NCBI GenBank assembly: GCA_002269645.1
Contig: NIVC01000534.1
Span: 1-29,518 of the forward strand
Reading direction: 5' to 3'
DNA from: Macrostomum lignano
Lineage: Eukaryota
Length of the DNA: 29,518 nt
The notes under the pieces: model-generated
The model's database searches: none
Seen by the model: the letters and a program-made list of their open reading frames with translations, nothing else
Told to the model about the DNA's origin: nothing
Shown here: in pieces, positions 1 to 9,509 of the stretch
How positions within the stretch are numbered: the first letter of the stretch is position 1
Layout: every line of letters begins with the position of its first letter
Translations under genes and position numbers: made by a program

Positions 1-1019
1 TTTGAGCTAAGTATTCAAGTTGAGTTTTTTTTTGAGTGGTCAAATAGAATGAAAATTTGGTAGTTAGTGAATTTCAACCTCACCTTGCTCTATTTGACTC
101 TTGTCATTTTTTTGCACTAATTTTATTATTTATTTCATTAGTATTTCCAATAATAACAGATTCTCAAGACACTTTTAGCATAAAATATTGCTTTTTAATT
201 ACTTTTTGTTTGATTAAATTAATTTATTATTTAAGTGAACATATTTTAAGAAATCAGAATAATCCTAAACTAAATAAACAAATCAATTTGGCATACTTGT
301 CTTATCTAGCCCTTTCAAAATTGCTTCTAAATTTTTTTATAGTATACTATAAATTTAAAAACTTTTTATTGATCCCACCTAACTTTTCTCAACTCACAAT
401 ACTTACTCCCGACATGGTTGGGAATTGGAAAAAACACCCAAGTCCCAACCAATTTGGGATCAGGATTGGGATCTCAGTTGGGCTCTACTTGCCACATGTA
501 ATACATACTAAAGGTCTAAAGCCCATATATGACCTTAGATATAAAAAATATATTCAATTGAAGTAAATTACATATCTTGCATCTTCAAGAAGGAATCAAC
601 ATTTCTTGGAAAGCACATTCGAAAAACAGGATAATGGCTAAAACAAACATAGTTAAAATGTAATGCTAATATGCATTGATTAGTATAATTTTTCTAAAAG
701 AATTGATAAGATTATATATATTTGTTCTTCTTCATTGTTACCTATTTTGATTAGATTGTTGCCAACTTTGCTTTTGCCAAATTTGTGTATGGTGAGTCTT
801 TGTCATTGAATTTTTTATTGCCAAATTGCTTAGCATCTTTATTGCTTATGTACTAGGCAAAATGCAATAGATGTGTTTATGACTGCATGTATATCAATGT
901 ACAACTAACAATGGCGCTTAAAGTTTGCTGGTGCACACAGCCCCTTGCTTACAGTCTAAGCTATTTAACCAGCCATTCACAAAACAGATCTGAATTCTAT
1001 GAATTGCAGTAAAGTCAGC

Positions 1020-1328
1020 ATGGGAGACCCAGTTGAACTGTACATGAGCAAGTCCATGCAAGAGCTTAACGCCCGCGCTGAAGAGAATGTCAAGAATATC
1101 AACAGCGCCCGGCTGGCCTCAATTCTATGAGCAAAACCTATCAGGCGGCGGAGAAGGCTGCCATCGATCGAGACGAGGAGCGCGCCTACGTGCTGTTCAT
1201 GCGCACCCTGTTTGTGTACGATCGGTTAGAAAGATGCCCGATTTTAAAAAGAGCGACTTTCGCATGATTAAAGAGATGCAGAAGGCCACTGATCAGGCGG
1301 AGAGGCTGTCGACTTCTCTTAAAGAGCG
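1020..1328 (+). CDS. USP8: USP8 exon 1 (N-terminal MIT/dimerisation domain), containing two apparent 1-nt frameshifts near 1108-1110 and 1222
   Basis: ATG at 1020 reads [22 protein letters not shown], resembling human ELYLSSSLKDLNKKTE. A second frame reads [29 protein letters not shown] (human [13 protein letters not shown]). A third frame reads [10 protein letters not shown]...[15 protein letters not shown] (human AVEEAERLSESLKLRY). Donor cg|GTGAGT at 1329, phase 2. Confidence 0.88.
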
Positions 1329-1453
1329 GTGAGTTTTTAGCTTTTATTTTCCGTGTTGCATACAGGTTTAAGTCTGTCTGCTGTGCAGCTGCTTGGGGTT
1401 CTTTCCCAGTTCCGCGTTTGCTCCTCGATGTGTCTCAACTCATTACTCTCGCT

Positions 1454-1490
<37 letters not shown>

Positions 1491-1718
1491 GTCTGTCTGT
1501 CTTTATCTATATTTCTGTCTGTCTGTCTTTATCTATATTTCTGTCTGTCTGTCTGTCTCTGTCTGTCTGTCTGTCTGTCTGTGTGTCTGTCTGTCTGTCT
1601 GTCTCTGTCTGTCTGTCTTTATCTATATTTCTGTCTGTCTGTCTGTCTCTGTCTGTCTGTCTGTCTGTCTGTGTGTCTGTGTGTCTGTGTGTCTGTCTGC
1701 CTGTCTGTCTGTCTGTCC

Positions 1719-1762
<44 letters not shown>

Positions 1763-1853
1763 TGTCTGTCTGTCTGTCTTTATTCTTTATCTATGTTTCT
1801 GTCTGTCTGTCTTAGTGTCTGTCTTAGTGTCTGTCTTAGTGTCTGTCTGTCTG

Positions 1854-1912
<59 letters not shown>

Positions 1913-1947
1913 GTCTGTCTGTGTCTGTCTGTCTGTCTGTCTGTCTG

Positions 1948-1985
<38 letters not shown>

Positions 1986-2028
1986 GTCTGTCTGTCTTAG
2001 TGTCTGTCTGTCTGTCTGTCTGTCTGTC
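1454..2028. repeat. Interrupted (TCTG)n microsatellite, USP8 intron 1
   Basis: Direct reading, with interruptions tgtg, ttag and ttatctatatt. Confidence 0.98.
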
Positions 2029-2060
2029 ACTGATACTCCCCGCCCTCCCCCATCCTGCAG

Positions 2061-2369
2061 CTACCAGCGCATCGAAGCCGAGCAACTGGCCAAGCGGTTG
2101 GACGCTGCAGCAGTCGACACAACGTCGAAGTCCAGCGGCAGCAGCGACGGTGGCAAGCAGTCAACCAGTTCAGCCGCCGACAAGAAGCCGGCCACGGCTA
2201 CCTCGGCCGCAGGAGAGCTGGACTCGGCCGCGCTCTACAAATTGTTGAAATCGCCTGACGCGTCGCCAAACGTGCTGGTGTTCGACCTTCGTCCTCCCGG
2301 CGAGTTCAGCGCCTGCCGTCTACGCCACGACTGTCTGATTAATATTGACGGCTCACTGATCAAGCCGGG
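2061..2369 (+). CDS. USP8: USP8 exon 2 (end of MIT region, start of rhodanese-like domain)
   Basis: Acceptor catcctgcAG at 2059-2060. The phase-2 join gives [13 protein letters not shown] and later [16 protein letters not shown]. Donor gg|GTTAGA at 2370. Confidence 0.9.
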
Positions 2370-2469
2370 GTTAGAGCGGGCTTCTTACTATTCCCTATTG
2401 ACGATTAAAGTTGATTTTTTAAGCTATCCCGCCTTATGACAGTTGCCCCTTCTTTCCCTCTCTATTCCC

Positions 2470-3590
2470 CACCGTCCCCACTTCCACCCTCCTCATCCTT
2501 CACTCCCCGCTTCCACCCTCCCCATCCTCCCTTCATTCCCCACTTCCACCCTCCTCATCCTCCCTTCATTCCCCACTTCCACCCTCCTCATCCTCCCTTC
2601 ATTCCCCGCTTCCACCCTCCCCATCCTCCCTTCATTCCCCTCTACCACCCTCCTCATCCTCCCTTCATTCCCCACTTCCACCCTCCTCATCCTCCCTTCA
2701 TTCCCCTCTACCACCCTCCTCATCCTCCCTTCACTCCCAGCTTCCACCCTCCCCATCCTCCCTTCATTCCCCGCTTCTACCCTCCCCATCCTTCCTTTAT
2801 TCCCCGCTTCCACCCTCCCCATCCTCCCTTCATTCCCCGATTCCACCCTTCTCATCCTCCCTTCATTCCCGATTCCACCCTTCTCATCCTCCTTCATTCC
2901 CCTCTACCACCCTCCCATCCTCCCTTCATTCCCCGCTTCTACCCTCCCATCCTTCCTTCATTCCCCACTTCCACCCTCCTCATCCTCCCTTCATTCCCCG
3001 ATTCCACCCTTCTCATCCTCCCTTCATTCCCCGATTCCACCCTCCTCATCCTCCCTTCATTCTCCCGCTTCCACCCTCCTCATCCTCCCTTCATTCCCCT
3101 CTACCACCCTCCTCATCCTCCCTTCATTCCCCTCTACCACCCTCCTCATCCTCCCTTCATTCCCCTCTACCACCCTCCCCATCCTCCCTTCATTCCCCGC
3201 TTCTACCCTCCCCATCCTTCCTTCATTCCCCACTTCCACCCTCCTCATCCTCCCTTCATTCCCCGATTCCACCCTTCTCATCCTCCCTTCATTCCCCTCT
3301 ACCACCCTCCTCATCCTCCCTTCATTCCCCGCTTCCACCCTCCTCATCCTCCCTTCATTCCCCTCTACCACCCTCCTCATCCTCCCTTCATTCCCCTCTA
3401 CCACCCTCCTCATCCTCCCTTCATTCCCCTCTACCACCCTCCTCATCCTCCCTTCATTCCCCGCTTCCACCCTTCTCATCCTCCCTTCATTCCCCGATTC
3501 CTCCTTTCATTTCCCCGCTTCCACCCTCTACATCCTCTCTTCATTTCTCCGCTTCCACCCTCCCCATCCTCCCTTCACTCCCGCTTCCCT
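2470..3590. repeat. 33-bp pyrimidine-rich minisatellite, USP8 intron 2
   Basis: Unit approximately cttccaccctcctcatcctcccttcattccccg, seen as an 11-aa period in the ORF track. Roughly 30 or more copies. Confidence 0.95.
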
Positions 3591-3645
3591 ATATTCCCCA
3601 TATTCTTTGATCCAGCCGCTCCACTCTGTGCCAATATCCTTCCAG

Positions 3646-3865
3646 CTGCAGTGTCAGCGGAGTTGAAGCTCTCGTACCGCCCGAAGGCCAGACGCTGTGG
3701 AAAGCGCGTCGAGCAATGACCCACGTGATCATCATGGACTGGCGCTCCAATGACAGATCGTTGAATCCGCAGCACCCAGTCCAGGTGTTTAAAGATGCCA
3801 TCTTCAAGTGGGACTCGGCTGGAACATTAAAGAGCGAGCCGCTACTGCTGCAGCGAGGATTGCAG
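3646..3865 (+). CDS. USP8: USP8 exon 3 (rhodanese-like domain); not in the ORF track
   Basis: Acceptor ttccAG at 3644-3645. Reads GCSVSGVEALVPPEGQTLWKARRAMTHVIIMDWRS...VFKDAIFKWDSAGTLKSEPLLLQRGLQ, matching human TWKKRGNVEYVVLLDW...[24 protein letters not shown]. Donor cag|GTGTGC at 3866. Confidence 0.92.
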
Positions 3866-3915
3866 GTGTGCTGAGGGCAGTGGGTGCTTATACTCTTCAA
3901 TGCGAAGTTGGCAAA

Positions 3916-6900
3916 TTGGGATTGGAATCTTTTATCCTGGGATCCTGATCCCTACTTATTTGGGATTGGGGAACCTTTTATCCCAGGATCCTGATCCCTA
4001 CTTATTTGGGATTGGGGAACCTTTTATCCCGGGATCCTGATCCCTACTTATTTGGGATTGGGGAACCTTTTATCCCGGGATCCTGATCCCTGCTTATTTG
4101 GGATTGGGGAATCTTTTATCCCGGGATCCTGATCCCTGCTTATTTGGGATTGGGGAACCTTTTATCCCGGGATCCTGATCCCTGCTTATTTGGGATTTGG
4201 GGAATGTTTCATTCAGGGATCCTGATCCCTACTTATTTGGGATTGGGGAATGTTTTATCCTGGGATCCTGATCCCTGCTTATTTGGGATTGGGGAATGTT
4301 TTATCCCGGGATCCTGATCCCTGCTTATTTGGGATTGGGGAATGTTTTATCCCGGGATCCTGATCCCTGCTTATTTGGGATTGAGGAATCTTTTATACCG
4401 GGATCCTGATCCCTACTTATTTGTGATTGGGGAATCTTTTATCCCGGGATCCTGATCCCTACTTATTTGTGGTTGGGGAATCTTTTATACCGGGATCCTG
4501 ATCCCTACTTATTTGTGATTGGGGAATCTTTCATCCTGGGATCCTGATCCCTACTTATTTGTGGTTGGGGAATCTTTTATACCGGGATCCTGATCCCTAC
4601 TTATTTGGGATTGAGGAATCTTTCATCCTGGGATCCTGATCCCTGCTTATTTGTGATTGGGGAACCTTTCATCCTGGGATCCTGATCCCTGCTTATTTGG
4701 GAATTGTGAACTTTTATCCTGGGATCCTGATCCCTACTTATTTGTGATTGGGGAACCTTTCATCCTGGGATCCTGATCCCTGCTTATTTGTGATTGGGGA
4801 ACCTTTCATCCTGGGATCCTGATCCCTACTTATTTGTGATTGGGGAATCTTTCATCCTGGGATCCTGATCCCTGCTTATTTGTGATTGGGGAACCTTTCA
4901 TCCTGGGATCCTGATCCCTACTTATTTGTGATTGGGGAACCTTTCATCCTGGGATCCTGATCCCTACTTATTTGTGATTGGGGAATCTTTTATACCGGGA
5001 TCCTGATCCCTACTTATTTGGGATTGAGGAATCTTTTATACCGGGATCCTGATCCCTACTTATTTGTGGTTGGGGAATCTTTTATCCGGGATCCTGATCC
5101 CTGCTTATTTGGGAATTGTGAACTTTTATCCTGGGATCCTGATCCCTGCTTATTTGTGATTGGGGAACCTTTCATCCTGGGATCCTGATCCCTGCTTATT
5201 TGTGATTGGGGAACCTTTCATCCTGGGATCCTGATCCCTACTTATTTGTGATTGGGGAACCTTTCATCCTGGGATCCTGATCCCTACTTATTTGTGATTG
5301 GGGAATCTTTTATACCGGGATCCTGATCCCTACTTATTTGTGATTGGGGAATCTTTTATCCTGGGATCCTGATCTCTACTTATTTGTGATTGGGGAATCC
5401 TTTATCCCGGGATCCTGATCCCTACTTATTTGGGAGTGAGGAATCTTTCTTATCCCGGGATCCTGATCCCTACTTATTTGGGATTGAGGAATATTTTTTA
5501 TCCAGGGATCCTAATCCCTGCTTATTTTGGATTGGGGAACCTTTTATCCTGGGATCCTGATCCCTACTTATTTGTGATTGGGGAATCTTTTATCCTGGGA
5601 TCCTGATCCCTACTTATTTGGGATTGGGGAATCTTTTATCCTGATCCCTGCTTATTTCGGATTGGGGAATCTTTTATCCTGATCCCTGCTTATTTGGGAT
5701 TGGGGAATCTTTTATCCTGATCCCTGCTTATTTGTGATTGGGGAATCTTTTATCCCGGGATCCTGATCCCTGCTTATTTGTGATTGGGAAATCTTTTATC
5801 CCGGGATCCTGATCCCTACTTATTTGGGATTGGGGAATATTTTATCCTGGGATCCTGATCCCTACTTATTTGGGATTGGGGAATCTTTTATCCTGGGATC
5901 CTGATCCCTGCTTATTTGTGATTGGGGAATCTTTATCCCGGGATCCTGATCCCTACTTATTTGTGATTGGGGAATCTTTTATCCTGGGATCCTGATCCCT
6001 ACTTATTTGGGATTGGGGAATCTTTTATCCTGATCCCTGCTTATTTGGGATTGGGGAATCTTTTATCCTGATCCCTGCTTATTTGGGATTGGGGAATCTT
6101 TTATCCTGGAATCCTGATCCCTACTTCTTGGGATTGGGGAATATTTTATCCTGGGATCCTGATCCCTACTTATTTGGGATTGGGGAATCTTTTATCCTGG
6201 GATCCTGATCCCTGCTTATTTGTGATTGGGGAATCTTTTATCCCGGGATCCTGATCCCTACTTATTTGTGATTGGGGAACCTTTTATCCTGGGATCCTGA
6301 TCCCTACTTATTTGTGATTGGGGAATCTTTTATCCTGGGATCCTGATCCCTGTTTATTTGGGATTGGGGAATATTTCATCCTGGGATCCTGATCCCTGCT
6401 TATTTGTGATTGGGGAATCTTTTATCCTGGGATCCTGATCCCTACTTATTTGGGATTGGGGAATCTTTTATCCTGGGATCCTGATCCCTGCTTATTTGGG
6501 ATTGGGGAATCTTTTATCCTGGGATCCTGATCCCTGCTTATTTGGGATTGGGGAATCTTTTATCCTGGGATCCTGATCCCTACTTATTTGGGATTAGGGA
6601 ATCTTTTATCCTTATCCCTGCTTATTTGGGATTGGGGAATCTTTTATCCTGATCCCTGCTTATTTGTGATTGGGGAACCTTTTATCCCGGGATCCTGATC
6701 CCTACTTATTTGAGATTGGGGAATATTTTATCCTGGGATCCTGATCCCTACTTATTTGGGATTGGGGAATCTTTTATCCTGGGATCCTGATCCCTGCTTA
6801 TTTGTGATTGGGGAATCTTTTATCCCGGGATCCTGATCCCTACTTATTTGTGATTGGGGAACCTTTTATCCTGGGATCCTGATCCCTACTTATTTGTGAT

Positions 6901-7190
6901 TGAGGAATCTTTTATACCGGGATCCTGATCCCTACTTATTTGTTGTTGGGGAATCTTTTATCCGGGATCCTGATCCCTGCTTATTTGGGAATTGTGAACT
7001 TTTATCCTGGGATCCTGATCCCTACTTATTTGGGATTGGGGAATCTTTTATCCTGGGATCCTGATCCCTGCTTATTTGGGATTGGGGAATCTTTTATCCT
7101 GGGATCCTGATTCCTTCTTATTTGGGATTGGGGAATCTTTTATCCTGGGATCCTGATCCCTGCTTATTTGGGATTGGATATTTATCCCTT
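3916..7190. repeat. 46-bp satellite (BamHI site in most units), USP8 intron 3
   Basis: Unit tgggattggggaatcttttatcctgggatcctgatccctacttatt. Period 46 measured from 3961 to 4007. About 70 copies, some shortened units lacking the gggatcct segment. Confidence 0.97.
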
Positions 7191-7309
7191 CCTTATTTAG
7201 ATTTTAATGTTGTTCATTCAGGAATTACAATCCCAGCTGCTAAATGCATCTACATTAACATTGCTATTTACAGTATATTTATATGTATGACACATCAAAC
7301 ACCCATCAG

Positions 7310-7656
7310 GGCGTCCTTCTGGCCTACCCGACCTTGACAACGGACCCGGCTTATCAAGGTCCCGATAGCAGCAAGGGAGGCGGCAGCGGCGGTGGCTTGG
7401 CAAGCATTGTAGCCTATCCTTCCCTGGAAGACGAGTCCCGTCGTAAACTCGAAGAGCAACGGAAAGCTCGAATTGCTGCCGCCGCCGCTGCCGAGGCGGA
7501 GGCGAAGGCGGCCGAGCAGAAAAAGAAACTTGAAGAAGAGCAGCGGGCGCAGAAAGCGGCGGCTGCGGCGGCGGCGGCGGCTAAAGAGGCGGCTGAACGA
7601 GCGGAGCGCGACAAAGCGCCGGCTCCGAGTTCTTCTACTGTGCCGGCTGTCAATCG
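7310..7656 (+). CDS. USP8: USP8 exon 4 (end of rhodanese domain and a charged E/K/A-rich helix)
   Basis: Acceptor catcAG at 7308-7309, phase 0. GVLLAYPTLTT resembles human NWLLCYPQYTT. Also contains IVAYPSLEDE. Donor cg|GTGCGT at 7657. Confidence 0.9.
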
Positions 7657-7739
7657 GTGCGTATGAGATGATCATCTTTTTAATTGATTGTGTTTTTAGT
7701 TTGGGCTTGTAGTGAGATTCACTCTAATGGGGGCACATT

Positions 7740-8130
7740 TTCCCTGTCTGCAACTTCCCTACCTGAATCTTTCCTCCCTGCATCTTCCCTACCTACATCT
7801 TCCCTCCCTGCATCTTGCCTGCCTACATCTTCCCTCCCTGCATTTTCCATACCTGCATCTTTCCTCCCTGCATCTTTCCTCCCCGCATTTTGCCTACCTG
7901 TATCTCCATGTATCTTCCCTACCTACGTCTTGCCTCCCTGCATTTTGCCTACCTGAAAATCTTTCCTTGCTCCTCCCTCCCCGCATCTTCCCTACCTGCA
8001 TCTTTCCTCCCTGCATCTTCCCTACCTACATATTTCCTCCCTGCATCTGCCTGCCTCCTTCACTTCATCTCCCTCCCCGCATCTTCCCTCCCTGCAAATC
8101 TTTCCCTGCACCTCCCTCCCTGCATCTCCA
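7740..8130. repeat. Degenerate 15-bp pyrimidine-rich minisatellite, USP8 intron 4
   Basis: Unit approximately cctgcatcttccct(a/c), seen as a 5-aa period in the ORF track. Confidence 0.88.
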
Positions 8131-8254
8131 TGAAGCTACACAAGTTAAATAGATGCATTTATTGGGTCTCTTTTAGTCTCTTTAATTGAGTCTCTCCACC
8201 CAGCTGAAAGTATGTACACCACAGTGTATAGCTGAAGCCCTTCCTAAACTTCAG

Positions 8255-8710
8255 TTCGTTGAAGCCCCAGCCTGCTCCAGCTGCTGCTGCTGCATCGGCA
8301 ACTGCCGCGGTCACCTCCGGGGAAGTCGCCAGCGGCGGCAGCGGTGGCAGCGGCACCAGCGGGGGAAGCGTCGGCAGCAACGGCCGTCCTCTGGTTGATC
8401 GGAGCAACAAGCCGACGAAGGCGCAGAAATCGTCGGAGGCTCCGGCCTCCTTGACTGCGGGCAGCTCGATGGCCGGTGCCGCTGCTGGATCGCAGGCGAT
8501 GGTGAAGCCCGGCCTGCGACTGCCTCCCGGCTGGCACGTTGGCAACGAGAACGGCCGCTATTTCTATGTTGACACGCAGACCTGCAAGATGTACTGGGAT
8601 CTGCCCGACGATGTGCTGGATTCGCTGGAGAGACCGCCGCCCAAGCCTGCGACTCCTGCGCCGCCTGCCGACCCGCCTGCCGCCGCTCCGGCACCGACAC
8701 CGGAGAAACC
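8255..8710 (+). CDS. USP8: USP8 exon 5 (low-complexity linker with VDRSNKP motif and WW domain)
   Basis: Acceptor cttcAG at 8253-8254. The phase-2 join yields VNRSLKP. WW domain [29 protein letters not shown] at 8520-8606. Donor cc|GTGAGT at 8711. Confidence 0.9.
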
Positions 8711-8715
8711 GTGAG

Positions 8716-8755
8716 TGTCTGTCTGTGTGTCTGTCTGTCTGTCTGTCTGTCTCTG

Positions 8756-8801
<46 letters not shown>

Positions 8802-8862
8802 CTTGTCTTTGAGTCTGTCTGTCCGTCTGCTTGTCTTTGTGTCTGTCTGTCTGTCTGTCTTT
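8716..8862. repeat. (TCTG)n microsatellite, USP8 intron 5
   Basis: Begins directly after the GTGAGT donor and fills most of the 190-nt intron. Confidence 0.97.
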
Positions 8863-8900
8863 CTTAATCTTCATCAAATGTTTGTGTCCACCGACTTCAG

Positions 8901-9425
8901 AGCGATAGCTCCACCATCCGGACCGCCAGCCAACACCGCTCCTGCGGCTTCCCAAGTTGCCCCCGCCGCCGCCCTCGCTGCTGGTCCCTCCTCGTCTGCC
9001 AGCCCCGCCTCCACCAGCGGCCTGAAGCGGGTGGCCTCGCAGCCAAACCTGGCTAAGCAGCGCTCCAAGCCGGACAGCGATAAAGCCTCCGCCACCTCTG
9101 CCGCCTCTGCGGCCTCCGCCACCCCGGCACCACCGGCACCAACACCGGGCCCCAGTTCCGGTGTTTCTTCGGAATCCTCCTCTGTTAAACAGGCGCAGGC
9201 GCAGGTTCCGCCTCGCGTAGCCAATGGCGGCGGCAGCTCCGTCGCCGCCGTAGTCCGCCCGTTTAGCTCGTTCGACGCGCACACGCTCAACCGAATGGCG
9301 CCGGAATACGGCAGCGTGCCGCACGGCCTTACCGGTCTGCGAAATCTTGGCAATACCTGCTATTTGAATAGCACTGTGCAATGTCTCAGCAATACGCCTG
9401 TGCTGGCTTCTTATTTCTTGCAAGG
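8901..9425 (+). CDS. USP8: USP8 exon 6 (14-3-3 motif and USP Cys box)
   Basis: Acceptor acttcAG at 8899-8900. Contains [10 protein letters not shown] and [21 protein letters not shown], with the catalytic Cys codon at 9358-9360. Donor gg|GTGAGA at 9426. Confidence 0.95.
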
Positions 9426-9509
9426 GTGAGATCGACATTTTGCATTTTGTGTTTATTTCGTTCCATATGGGCTGCGATTTTTCAACAACAGTGTATGACC
9501 AACTAGACT

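Noticed and set aside
57-566. 169-aa ORF
   Set aside because: It is AT-rich with a near-cognate start, its codon usage is unlike the real exons, and it has no recognisable motif.
1028-1041. 14-nt match cccagttgaactgt between USP8 exon 1 and the reverse complement of 24845-24858
   Set aside because: It does not extend on either side and is treated as chance.
1100-1230. Programmed ribosomal frameshifting in USP8 or cyclin Y
   Set aside because: There is no slippery heptamer or stimulatory structure at the shift points. Two successive shifts would be needed in USP8, and similar indels in three unrelated genes point to sequence error or decay.
1353-2248. Long ORFs such as [16 protein letters not shown] and PACLPACL (also 20862-21570 and 24833-25733)
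   Set aside because: These are translations of stop-free tetranucleotide microsatellites.
2436-3719. His/Pro-rich 427-aa and 407-aa ORFs, and similar periodic ORFs at 7684-8189, 11938-12628, 13122-13857, 15577-15846 and 26858-27130
   Set aside because: These are translations of minisatellites lying in introns or intergenic gaps whose boundaries are fixed by in-phase splice sites.
3916-7190. CRISPR array (units of 39-46 bp, partly palindromic; also 22170-22456 and 26349-28354)
   Set aside because: Units are head-to-tail with no unique spacers, no cas genes are present, and the context is a spliced eukaryotic gene.
8311-9438. Antisense and alternate-frame ORFs overlapping USP8 and cyclin Y exons
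   Set aside because: These are expected shadows of GC-rich coding sequence. The 8539-9429 ORF reads through intron 5 in a frame different from exon 5.
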